Shown: positions 1-8,315, numbered from the stretch's first letter. The stretch is DNA of 12,332 nt from Thermoprotei archaeon (GCA_003649205.1 QMRC01000020.1:1-12332); one strand, 5' to 3'. Notes: a model not told the origin generated them from the sequence alone. Made by a program: numbers and translations.

Positions 1-13
1 CCTAGTTGACGCA

Positions 14-3000
14 ATGAAGAAAGCTAATGTGAGAGAGGTGTACAATAACGCTACGAACACCTACACCTACGTGATAACTGGTCTAGACGTTAAGTGGATG
101 GATCCATACAACTCAATGAGTGCACACTACTGTAAATGGTTCAACTACACAATAATCTCTACAGAACCTCCAAATGCATGGATTAGAGTCTACATCGAAG
201 GCTTTAAAGTAATGACAATACCACAGGAAGCACATGTAGTAATTGGGACAAATGTAGAGAATGACATAGACTACGGAGTAGCATTACTACTATTTGAGTA
301 CACAGGTGTGTATAAGCCCGAGGAGGTAGTTGCTGAGGTACCTAAGGAAGTCAAGGAAGTACTTGGTAGTAGGTTGCTGAAGTACCTAGCACTAGGTAAG
401 TTAATTACAGCTGTAGTACTTGACAAGGGTACTATACACCTACCTGAGAACGGTAATTGGACTAAGTCGTACCCAATACAGAAGTACATTGTTGAAGCAC
501 TTGCAAGAGCTACTGTAACGGGTAAGGTGCTCGTAGTTGTTGCTGGTAAGATAAGTGCAACAAAGGACTACTACTGGAGCGATAACTTCGATTATGCAGA
601 TACTATAGTCACAGCTGTGACAAATATAACGAAGGGTAGGCTAGTTGTCCCAATCAAGGTAGTTGATGTAGATACTGATGAGCCGATACAGGGTGCAACT
701 GTGAAGATCTTCAAGAAAGTTGGTGCTAGTGAGGAGCTAGTTGCAGAGGGTACGACTAATGCTAGTGGAATGGTTACACTGTACGTACCGTGTGCAGGTA
801 CGTACAAGCTATATGCTGAACACCCAGACTACAAGCCGAATTACATCATCACACAGATCTACTACAACACAACTGTACCATACGTGATTAAGCTAGCTAG
901 GAAGGAGTACCAGCAGTGGGTACCTCCGCCTCCTCCAGTGGCTGGTGAGTACGGTGCTGAGGAAGGTTATCCGCCAATAATAACACCTGAAGGTAAGAAG
1001 ATGTACTGGTTGCTGATACACGTAGTAACGAAGGATGGGTTCCCAGTATCTGGTGCTACAGTAAAGATCTACAATGCAACAGAACAGCTGTACGATACCG
1101 AGGTGACGAACGGTACTGGAACAGCGTACTTCCTAGTACCAGAGGGCTTCTCAGGAACTTACGAGGTCTACTACAATGAACTCTACGTCAATGGAACTAT
1201 AGCACCAGTCTACAAGCACAGAGTGATCGAGGTAGTTCTACCAATATACTCGAAACAGAATAAGACAGGACACGTAGTGTTCTACGTATACGATGTAGTG
1301 AGTAGAACACCTATTGAAGGGGCTAAGCTAGAGATTAAGGAGCCATACTACAACAGATTAGTTGCTGTGATGTACACTAATGCTACGGGATATGCAGAGA
1401 AGTGGCTCCCATACGGTGCATACAACTTGACAGTGTACGCTGGAGGCTACTACAACTACTCAATTCAGTTCTACGTACTCAGCACAGAGCAAGTAATCAG
1501 AATACCTCTTCTACCACTGACAGGAGTTACACAGTACGTACCTCCATATCCTCCAGCAAATGACTCAAGACCTCCAGTGATAATTAATGGAACTGAGTAC
1601 TACTATCTATGGGTTAGGGTTTCGTATGAGGATGGTGCTCCAGTTCACGGTGCTAATGTCACTGTGTACGATGCTGTGAGATACAGTGACATAACTAATG
1701 GAACGGGAACTGTGTACTTCCTACTACCAGCATACAAGGTGTACTACGTAAATGTGACGTACCTCAACTACACTGCTGTTAGGAGTCTAAATCTAACACA
1801 TCACACATTCCTAGTGTTCAAGGTACCGTACAAGTCTGTGTACTTCCAGCCAGAGGTACTGATCAAGAGTGTAGATCTAGTATTTGTCAGAGGTATAGCA
1901 CCTGCATATCACCTAGTACTCGTGACAATACTGACTAATGTACCACAGACAGTTGTTGTCGAGGTTAACGTAACGAGAGTTGATACTGGTGAACTGATTA
2001 AGAGCTACAACGTGACGTTTGTATGTGATGAGGCAGGAGTCTACACCAATGCGACATTCGTGTACATAAATGTGACAGGGCAAAATGTACCGTTTAGGGT
2101 CTGTGCTAAGATAGTGCAGTTTGAGTACGATACAAACCTCGACAACAACTTCATGTGCTCAGCAGTGAGGAAGATATCGAGCAAGAGAGGTGTAGAGGTC
2201 TTCGTGCTGTGGAAGGTAATTGACTTCGGAAACAAGTACAGGTACATCCTACCAGAGCTAACTAAGGTACAGGTCTGCATTAAGGTGAAGACAACATTTA
2301 ACCTAACTACGTACAAGCTTCATGTAAAACCAGTTATCGAGTACATGGACTACATTAAGAAGCGTAGAGAGAGGATTGAGAAACTAGCAGTCATCACTAC
2401 TGAGAATCCAAGTGGAGCAGTGATGTGGTTCAACTACACCTTCGTGATACCTTGGACAGATGTTATCAACTTAACAGCACTTATTGAGAAGTTACCAATA
2501 CCAGTTGACGAGATCAAGATATTCAATGCGAGCATTAGAGTTGATCCAAATGCTAGGCTAGAGAGAGTAGATTTACCGAAGACAGTAACGTCAGAGCAAG
2601 AGTTCACGTACAAGATTGTTGTTAAGTCAAATGTCTACGATCCACAAGCCTCGGCAACAGTAGTGTTCATAGATGCAGATACGGGAGAAGTAGTGTACTC
2701 GTGGAGTAGTAGAGTAGAGCTAAAGAAGGGTCTAAATACAATTGTCATAAAGGCTAAAGCACCAAGAGTAGAGCCAAAGAAGATATTCGGCTTTGAGGTA
2801 GCACCAACAGTTAAGAAGTTCATAGTGAATGCAACCGTAAACGGCTACAACGTATATCCCGAGGACGATACCTTAACAACAACAGTGTACGTAAGCTCCA
2901 AGATACCGCTACTAACATGGGCATTCATAGGAGTACTAGCATTGATAATCCTCCTCCTAATACTCGTAATGGTATCACTACTTGCAAGAAAAACAGTTAC

Positions 3001-3025
3001 AATCAGAAGAACGAGATACTTGTAA
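14..3025 (+). CDS. Large membrane-anchored surface/virion glycoprotein with four carboxypeptidase-regulatory-like (prealbumin-like) beta-sandwich repeats and C-terminal Ig/CARDB-like domains; probably 5'-truncated
   Basis: 1003-aa ORF. The frame is open back to base 2 (CTA GTT GAC GCA ATG) and no signal peptide is visible, so it likely starts before the window. Four repeats of 'V..D..P(I/V).GA.V.I...TN.(S/T)G....P', two Pro-rich linkers, more than 25 N-x-S/T sequons, CARDB-like endings (DTNLDNN, YPEDDT), and a C-terminal hydrophobic helix (WAFIGVLALIILLLILVMVSLLA) followed by a basic tail (RKTVTIRRTRYL). Confidence 0.85.
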   Translation: MKKANVREVYNNATNTYTYVITGLDVKWMDPYNSMSAHYCKWFNYTIISTEPPNAWIRVYIEGFKVMTIPQEAHVVIGTNVENDIDYGVALLLFEYTGVYKPEEVVAEVPKEVKEVLGSRLLKYLALGKLITAVVLDKGTIHLPENGNWTKSYPIQKYIVEALARATVTGKVLVVVAGKISATKDYYWSDNFDYADTIVTAVTNITKGRLVVPIKVVDVDTDEPIQGATVKIFKKVGASEELVAEGTTNASGMVTLYVPCAGTYKLYAEHPDYKPNYIITQIYYNTTVPYVIKLARKEYQQWVPPPPPVAGEYGAEEGYPPIITPEGKKMYWLLIHVVTKDGFPVSGATVKIYNATEQLYDTEVTNGTGTAYFLVPEGFSGTYEVYYNELYVNGTIAPVYKHRVIEVVLPIYSKQNKTGHVVFYVYDVVSRTPIEGAKLEIKEPYYNRLVAVMYTNATGYAEKWLPYGAYNLTVYAGGYYNYSIQFYVLSTEQVIRIPLLPLTGVTQYVPPYPPANDSRPPVIINGTEYYYLWVRVSYEDGAPVHGANVTVYDAVRYSDITNGTGTVYFLLPAYKVYYVNVTYLNYTAVRSLNLTHHTFLVFKVPYKSVYFQPEVLIKSVDLVFVRGIAPAYHLVLVTILTNVPQTVVVEVNVTRVDTGELIKSYNVTFVCDEAGVYTNATFVYINVTGQNVPFRVCAKIVQFEYDTNLDNNFMCSAVRKISSKRGVEVFVLWKVIDFGNKYRYILPELTKVQVCIKVKTTFNLTTYKLHVKPVIEYMDYIKKRRERIEKLAVITTENPSGAVMWFNYTFVIPWTDVINLTALIEKLPIPVDEIKIFNASIRVDPNARLERVDLPKTVTSEQEFTYKIVVKSNVYDPQASATVVFIDADTGEVVYSWSSRVELKKGLNTIVIKAKAPRVEPKKIFGFEVAPTVKKFIVNATVNGYNVYPEDDTLTTTVYVSSKIPLLTWAFIGVLALIILLLILVMVSLLARKTVTIRRTRYL

Positions 3026-3053
3026 ACTCTTTCCATTCTTTACTCCTATAGAT

Positions 3054-3572
3054 TTACCTACCTCTAACTCTGTATTCAGCAATGGGATTTCTGTAGAGTA
3101 CTAGCTTAGTGTTTGGTAGTATGTTCTTTAGTGCTTCAATAACTCTCTCACTGTCATCCCAAACCTCCTCAATTTCGTAACCGACATCTAGTAAGTGCCT
3201 TATCACCTCTAGCTTAAGCTCGTAATCCTTCCTGTAATCTCCCTTCTTCCTGAAGTAAATCTCATCAACAGGAATCTCATACCTCCTCAACTGATTGAGT
3301 GTAGCGTACTTCTGAGTCTCCTCAACTCTACCAGTGACAATGATTATCCTGTAACCACTTCTCTTCATCAACTTCACATGTGCAACAACATCGAGATTAG
3401 GTCTATCTAAATACATGTACTTCGGACTGAGAAAGAGATTCCAAAATCTCCTCCTCTGCTTAGAATCTGCTTTTGACAAATCATCTACACCAACTTCCTC
3501 AAGGCATCTCCTAATTCTCTCAGATACATCAAATAACACACCATCTAGATCCACAACTATTGCCTTCACCAT
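3054..3572 (-). CDS. HAD-superfamily phosphatase resembling the T4 polynucleotide kinase 3'-phosphatase domain (stand-alone)
   Basis: Motif I DLDGVL, motif II IIVTGR, motif III Lys (DYELK), motif IV WDDS..V; 'D.P...V' and 'FR..GDYRKD..LK' are typical of PNKP-phosphatase-like HADs. ATG at 3572 is preferred over GTG 3581 because GGTGG lies 5 nt upstream. Confidence 0.88.
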   Translation of the reverse strand: MVKAIVVDLDGVLFDVSERIRRCLEEVGVDDLSKADSKQRRRFWNLFLSPKYMYLDRPNLDVVAHVKLMKRSGYRIIIVTGRVEETQKYATLNQLRRYEIPVDEIYFRKKGDYRKDYELKLEVIRHLLDVGYEIEEVWDDSERVIEALKNILPNTKLVLYRNPIAEYRVRGR

Positions 3573-3659
3573 GTAGCCCACCAGTAGCTAAAGCACACAG
3601 AATCTATGAGTAGAAGATATGAAATAAGATGTGAAAGAGGAGTATAGGAGGCAACATAG

Positions 3660-4049
3660 TTAATTAAGTTCTTCAGGAAGTATTATCGCACTTCTACATA
3701 ACCAATTACAAGCTTCATCAAATGACATATCTGCTGGTCTAAGTACAGCATATGCACCTATCATTCTCAATTTGTACCTCTTTCCTTGAAATTCAAAACC
3801 GTAATCCTTAACAGCAAGTACTGTAGATAGATATGCATGAAGATCATCAATGAATCTTCTACTTCTCGACTCTTCAATGCCAAGAATTTCTCTAAGTAGA
3901 TCTTTTGAAAAGTAGCGAAGATACAAATTACCTTTATCTGTTGATATGAAAGCAATTACACCTTCTTTATCACCGTAGAAGAGACTTTCAGCAATTCTTC
4001 TAATGATATTAAGTATCTCCTCCTTGCTAAGACCTCTCACTGAGTACAT
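3660..4049 (-). CDS. Hypothetical protein (129 aa), AT-rich
   Basis: ATG-started ORF with GGTGA upstream and a purine-rich BRE/TATA-like tract at about 4078-4100; globular alpha/beta pattern; no recognised motif. Confidence 0.75.
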   Translation of the reverse strand: MYSVRGLSKEEILNIIRRIAESLFYGDKEGVIAFISTDKGNLYLRYFSKDLLREILGIEESRSRRFIDDLHAYLSTVLAVKDYGFEFQGKRYKLRMIGAYAVLRPADMSFDEACNWLCRSAIILPEELN

Positions 4050-4103
4050 GTTCTCAGACTAGCTTCACCGTGCTAGCTATTATCTTTTTCTTTCTCTTCT
4101 AAT

Positions 4104-4298
4104 CTAAGCATATATTAGTAGTAGAGTAGCAATGCCTATGATTACGAGCAACAATCCAATGTACCCGTGATGTATGTGGTACCTACCAACATACACCTCC
4201 CTACCTAAGCTCGGAGCCTTACCTAAGTGATACAGAATGTCGTGAACTATGAGGAAGATTCCAATAGTGAGAATTAGCACCACTACACCAAGCAACAT
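4104..4298 (-). CDS. Small two-helix membrane protein (64 aa) with HIHHG motif
   Basis: Two hydrophobic stretches (aa 2-19 and 46-63) flanking a loop with HD...H and YHIHHGYIG; SD-like GAGGT upstream of the ATG. Confidence 0.78.
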   Translation of the reverse strand: MLLGVVVLILTIGIFLIVHDILYHLGKAPSLGREVYVGRYHIHHGYIGLLLVIIGIATLLLIYA

Positions 4299-4417
4299 AT
4301 CACATACCTCAATAATGCTTCAATTCTTGCATAAGACTAGGTTCCTATAAGCTTTACTTTACTTCAAACAAAACTTGTATATGTTAGGGATTCTATGTAT
4401 TGACTTAGGTGAGCTAT

Positions 4418-4867
4418 ATGGTCTCCTTTATTGATATTTTGAGAAAGCTCATGGAAGGTACATACTCTACAATGACTGGTTCTCCAGATGCTCCTGAAAC
4501 ATTTAGAGAATTTGTTGAAGAGATTAAAGTGAAAGTTCCTGAGTTAAGAGATAAAGATGATTGGGAAGTGGAAAATACTGTACTTGAAGCAATTGATTAT
4601 GCTAGACATAAACTCTGTTCTCAGATTAAGAAAGCAGAAGTAGTACCAGCAACACCTGATTACTATGGAGGTATTACTGTTTACACATGTTATCATCCCG
4701 ATATAGGAAGATTCTACTTAGTAATAGATGAAGAAGAAGATGCTAGTTCAGGATATGCTCACTACAGTTTTACTATAACTAAAAACAGAAGAAAAGCACT
4801 ACGTGAATATGAAGAACGTATTAAAGCATGGAAAGAAGAGGAAGTAGAGTTTGAGGAAACTATATGA
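4418..4867 (+). CDS. Acidic hypothetical protein (about 149 aa), AT-rich
   Basis: Long ORF; ATG 4418 is preceded by SD GGTGA (preferred to GTG 4409); Glu-rich with an acidic C-terminal tail (KEEEVEFEETI). Confidence 0.8.
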   Translation: MVSFIDILRKLMEGTYSTMTGSPDAPETFREFVEEIKVKVPELRDKDDWEVENTVLEAIDYARHKLCSQIKKAEVVPATPDYYGGITVYTCYHPDIGRFYLVIDEEEDASSGYAHYSFTITKNRRKALREYEERIKAWKEEEVEFEETI

Positions 4868-5057
4868 GGAAACTGAAGCTAAATCTTCAGTATTTCGTAC
4901 CTCCATGTCTTTTGCTTGGGAAGTTAGTTTGTATTAGTGATTCCTCAATTTGTGGTTTCTACATGAGTAGGTACTGTCCGTATCCTGATGAAGCGAGGGA
5001 ATTAGTTAGTAAGTTTTTTAAGTGTTAGTAATATCTTGAGCAGTGCTATGGGAGTAC

Positions 5058-5151
5058 CGTAAGGGGGTTTTGGTGTGAAGTTGCTACGTAAGGGGGTTTC
5101 GGAATGAATTCCCAAGAACACAGCAACAACATAAGCAAAAGGGGGCGGTTT
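5058..5151. repeat. 13-bp direct repeat CGTAAGGGGGTTT x2 plus a degenerate third copy in a non-coding gap
   Basis: Exact copies at 5058-5070 and 5087-5099; AAGGGGGCGGTTT at 5139-5151. Confidence 0.8.
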
Positions 5152-5231
5152 CGCTCATGATGTAAAGTACACTTACAAGATAGAGTAGTTAACTAGGAAA
5201 TAAATGTATGGAATTGGCTCAGTAAGTTAAG

Positions 5232-5250
5232 TAGAAAAAAGAAGAAGTTT
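5232..5250 (-). terminator. Putative archaeal oligo-pyrimidine terminator after the 196-aa gene
   Basis: Minus strand reads AACTTCTTCTTTTTTCTAC just after the stop codon at 5254. Confidence 0.5.
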
Positions 5251-5253
5251 GAA

Positions 5254-5844
5254 CTATAGCTTGGGAGGATACTTACCTAAGTACTCCCTAAATAACTTCT
5301 CTAGTGCTCCCTCTACATCACCAGCATATGCAGAAGCTACATGTTCTGCATCATGTTCATCTGGTAGGTACTTCTCCTTAAACTTATCAATTAATTTTGG
5401 TAACTTCTTAATATCCTCACCAGTAACAGTAAATCCTGTTGTCAGCTTTCCAACAAAACACTCCCACACATTGTCAAAGTAACCTTCCTCTTCGTACCAG
5501 CCTGAGAACGATGATGCTATAGACCTTAGCTCTTTCTCAGCTTCCTTCATGAGCTTACTGTACTTCTGATGTATTTCACTTAGAATCTTCTCATCAACCT
5601 CAAACTCTAACTCTGCTACGTCCTCACCAAATTTCTCAAGTATCTTCTCTATAGCTTCCTCGCTATAACCTCGCTTTTTAAGTTCCTCTCTCAATCTATT
5701 TAGGTAGTCCTCCTCCAAATCCAGTACATACCACTTAAAGCTCTCAGCACTCATACCATCTTCTTGAACTGCTATGTAATCTACACTTCTCTTATTTGGT
5801 CTAATTTCGATAGCCTCCTTAAATCCTCTCTTCCTCAGTTTCAA
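5254..5844 (-). CDS. Hypothetical helical, Glu/Lys-rich protein (196 aa)
   Basis: Long ORF with element-typical codon use; TTG start with GAGG upstream overlaps the end of the 97-aa gene by 26 nt. Start uncertain. Confidence 0.8.
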   Translation of the reverse strand: MKLRKRGFKEAIEIRPNKRSVDYIAVQEDGMSAESFKWYVLDLEEDYLNRLREELKKRGYSEEAIEKILEKFGEDVAELEFEVDEKILSEIHQKYSKLMKEAEKELRSIASSFSGWYEEEGYFDNVWECFVGKLTTGFTVTGEDIKKLPKLIDKFKEKYLPDEHDAEHVASAYAGDVEGALEKLFREYLGKYPPKL

Positions 5845-6112
5845 ATACTAGCCTCGGTACATACCATCTATCGTATGCAATATCAATGCCGTACTTCTCG
5901 ATTACCTCATCAAGCTTCTCTTCAGGTAGAGTCTTTTCAACTAGCTCGACTACCTCATTCCAGATATCATACACATGCTCTATAGATGGTACAACACAAA
6001 TCTCTGTGTCCCACTCTTTTCTCGGTTCTCCACTAGCCTTTCTACAAAGCTCTCTGAACTTTTGTATAGCTTCATCCTTTGTTATGTACTTAGTCTCTAA
6101 TGCTAATGACAT
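5819..6112 (-). CDS. Hypothetical acidic protein (97 aa)
   Basis: ATG with AGGTG upstream; co-directional with and overlapping the next gene. Confidence 0.78.
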   Translation of the reverse strand: MSLALETKYITKDEAIQKFRELCRKASGEPRKEWDTEICVVPSIEHVYDIWNEVVELVEKTLPEEKLDEVIEKYGIDIAYDRWYVPRLVFETEEERI

Positions 6113-6170
6113 AGTTTATGACACCTACGAGTAGTAGCACTATTCACAGTAAAAAGAGTTTGTACATAAA

Positions 6171-6554
6171 CTACCAGCCGTATAGTTCTGTTATTCTCTC
6201 GCTTAGGTATCTTCTCAGTGCTTTCTCTACTGCTGATTTTAGGTAGTAGTTGACTGTATCTACGAAGCAGTACTCCTCATCTCCAGTCTTCTCAACACAT
6301 CTACTGTACTTACTCCTTATCTGGTACGGTCTTAGCTTCTTAATCTCATCGAGTACATAGGATAGTAGTCTCTCTCGCTCAGCTCTCGTAACTGGTATAG
6401 CCATCTTCCTCAAGTCACTGAGTACGCTGTCTATCATTGGTAGTAGGATTCTTGCTAGTGAATCCCTATCAACTTCCTCGAAGACCTTCCTAAGCTCTTC
6501 AGCTAGCTTCTCAGGTGTTACCTTCTCAAGTTCAAGCAAGTATCTTTCTGCCAT
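6171..6554 (-). CDS. Alpha-helical protein (127 aa) with Cx9C motif; paralogue of 6532-6858
   Basis: ATG with strong SD (GGAGGTGAGGAAGGAG); amphipathic helices; aligns by eye with the upstream gene. Confidence 0.82.
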   Translation of the reverse strand: MAERYLLELEKVTPEKLAEELRKVFEEVDRDSLARILLPMIDSVLSDLRKMAIPVTRAERERLLSYVLDEIKKLRPYQIRSKYSRCVEKTGDEEYCFVDTVNYYLKSAVEKALRRYLSERITELYGW

Positions 6555-6858
6555 ACTCCTTCCTCACCTCCGACATAACTGCATCTAGTACACGAAATGC
6601 CTCCCTAACTAAGCAAGCTCTAGGCTTCTCAGTCAATCTAGTGCATAGTGCTAGACTCCTCTCTATCTCGTACCTATGCTCATCTATGTACCTCAGCAAC
6701 TTCTCCCTAATCCTCTCAACCTCCTCATCAGGTAAGACATGTAGTTCCTTCTCCTCAATCCACTTATCTACAATAGCTCTAATCAAGTCCTCAACATTAC
6801 TGAAGTCACTAGCTAACTTAGTTAGGAGAGATTTACTCGGCTCAGGCAGAGCACTCAC
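6532..6858 (-). CDS. Alpha-helical protein (108 aa) with Cx9C motif; paralogue of 6171-6554
   Basis: GTG-started ORF overlapping the next gene by 23 nt; shared YxI-x6-C-x3-T-x5-C(L/F)V pattern. Confidence 0.8.
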   Translation of the reverse strand: MSALPEPSKSLLTKLASDFSNVEDLIRAIVDKWIEEKELHVLPDEEVERIREKLLRYIDEHRYEIERSLALCTRLTEKPRACLVREAFRVLDAVMSEVRKEYGRKILA

Positions 6859-6871
6859 CTCGTACTGTTGA

Positions 6872-6940
6872 GATACCGCACACTCAAATATTTGTTAACT
6901 AAATGTACTGTTTTGTGAATAGAGCATAAATACCGCCACA
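6872..6940. promoter_or_regulatory. Divergent promoter region between the paralogue operon and the wHTH gene
   Basis: CATAAATA at 6925-6932 lies about 25 nt before ATG 6957 (leaderless spacing); palindrome CAAATATTTG at 6885-6894 lies about 30 nt before GTG 6858. Confidence 0.5.
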
Positions 6941-6956
6941 GTGCATTGAGTAATTG

Positions 6957-7349
6957 ATGGGTAGGTCGAAGTCTAGACGAGTGATGTTGCAGGTACTCAG
7001 TGCAATATATGAGCTAGTTAAGGTGTCTAAGGGGAGTAAGGTCTCCTTCACTGCTAGGGTAATTGCTAGGTACGTCTACTGCAACAACACGAAGAAGCGA
7101 GGTCAAAAGCTAACGCAATCTCAAATTGTTTCAGTTGCTCACTGCCTACAGAAGCTCCATAAGGTCGGTCTAGTGAATATAGATGATACTGGAACTGCTA
7201 GGTCTCAGTACGTTCACAGGTACTACATTCAGCAAGGTAATAAGCTATTTGACCTAGCTAAGAAGTCATCAGATAAGCGTGAGTTCATAGCAAATGTGAT
7301 AAGGTTCATCAAGATGGTAGTAGGAAGAAAAATAAAGAGGTATATTTAG
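6957..7349 (+). CDS. Basic winged-helix DNA-binding protein (putative transcription regulator)
   Basis: Pattern helix - 'FTARVIARYV' - recognition helix 'SVAHCLQKLHKVGLV' - wing 'HRYYI'; very Lys/Arg-rich; lone + strand gene in a - strand block. Confidence 0.75.
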   Translation: MGRSKSRRVMLQVLSAIYELVKVSKGSKVSFTARVIARYVYCNNTKKRGQKLTQSQIVSVAHCLQKLHKVGLVNIDDTGTARSQYVHRYYIQQGNKLFDLAKKSSDKREFIANVIRFIKMVVGRKIKRYI

Positions 7350-7350
7350 A

Positions 7351-7770
7351 CTAGGGTTTGTTCACTAGCTCTCTCAACCTAGCTAACTCATCGATAGGGT
7401 ACTTACTAGCGATGATTTTCAGCTTGTTGATTAGCTTAGTAATCTCTTCACCATTTGCTATTACTCTAGTCTTGACACCATTTTGCTCACAGTAAAGCCT
7501 ACCGTTAACAACCTCGTACTCAGGTAGCTCACTACGTAACTTATCCCAGTTCTCAACAATGAACTTCTCCAACTCATTGAGTTCACTATAGATCTCCCTC
7601 AACCTATCCTTGATACCTCTAATGTCGTCTAGCTTGATCTCGGGTAGCATGTACTTCACGAAACAGCTAAGGCAGACAGCTATCTTCGTACCACATGCAG
7701 GACATGGAATGAGTACACAACCTCTAGAACTAAGCCACTGCCTACAGAATGCACACCTATACAACTTCAT
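7351..7770 (-). CDS. Cys-rich Zn-finger protein with coiled coil (139 aa)
   Basis: N-terminal CAFC-x8-C-x4-CPAC-x6-CLSC (7 Cys) followed by the heptad stretch LDDIRGIKDRLREIYSELNELEKFI; AGGTG SD upstream. Confidence 0.82.
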   Translation of the reverse strand: MKLYRCAFCRQWLSSRGCVLIPCPACGTKIAVCLSCFVKYMLPEIKLDDIRGIKDRLREIYSELNELEKFIVENWDKLRSELPEYEVVNGRLYCEQNGVKTRVIANGEEITKLINKLKIIASKYPIDELARLRELVNKP

Positions 7771-7828
7771 TCCCTACACCTACTGATTACCTTGTGAAGA
7801 ACAAGCAAGAGAATTGAAACCACACATA

Positions 7829-8032
7829 TTAACTATTGTTGTCTATGTATCCTCTAATCCTCAGGTAGATCCTAGCACCATCATGACGTCTATTGGGGTA
7901 GACCTTACTTCTCTTAACTATGTAACCTCTAGCTTTCAGTATTTTGTAGAGTTCCTTAGCAATCTCTAGTGCTATCTCCCTATCATCGTCGCTGTACCAC
8001 ATTACACGTATATCGATCTTCACATCAGTCAC
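7829..8032 (-). CDS. Small beta-alpha-beta-beta protein (67 aa) with 'YPNRR...RIYL' motif
   Basis: GTG start 1 nt after the stop of the 85-aa gene; the motif recalls small phage proteins of unknown function (DUF3970-like, from memory, unverified). Confidence 0.72.
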   Translation of the reverse strand: MTDVKIDIRVMWYSDDDREIALEIAKELYKILKARGYIVKRSKVYPNRRHDGARIYLRIRGYIDNNS

Positions 8033-8033
8033 C

Positions 8034-8291
8034 TCACTCAGCTAGTATGAACATCCTCTCTGTGAGGTACTTCCTAAATACTGGTAACCACTTATCTGCT
8101 GATACTCTGATCACGTTACCCCTATCATAGCAACCACACTTAATACACTTAACCAGTGGCTCAAGCTTTAGGTATCTACCTCCATTCTCCTTCCTTGCAT
8201 AGATCCTCACTACGTACATTGGGTAACCACACCTCTTACAGAACTTCATCAACTTTCTCAAAATATCATCTAGAGTACCATACGGAGGCAT
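8034..8291 (-). CDS. Zinc-ribbon protein (85 aa)
   Basis: CKRCG...CIKCG pair separated by a beta-hairpin-like segment; basic. Confidence 0.8.
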   Translation of the reverse strand: MPPYGTLDDILRKLMKFCKRCGYPMYVVRIYARKENGGRYLKLEPLVKCIKCGCYDRGNVIRVSADKWLPVFRKYLTERMFILAE

Positions 8292-8315
8292 AGTAGGAGA
8301 AAGAGAAATACCTGA

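Noticed and set aside
271-3036. Five minus-strand ORFs (62-91 aa) inside the large gene
   Set aside because: Antisense shadows of a well-supported CDS with Ser/Thr-rich, non-protein-like composition.
3767-3955. 62-aa alternative-frame ORF
   Set aside because: Nested in the 129-aa gene on the same strand, with no SD or motif.
4984-5002. CTGATGA as a hammerhead ribozyme core or C/D-box sRNA
   Set aside because: No stem II followed by GAAA, and no suitably placed CTGA D box.
5058-5151. CRISPR mini-array
   Set aside because: The repeat is only 13 bp with a 16-bp gap, too short for CRISPR repeats and spacers.
6948-6955. GAGTAATT match to the putative guide region (11441-11448)
   Set aside because: Only 8 bp, which is expected by chance.
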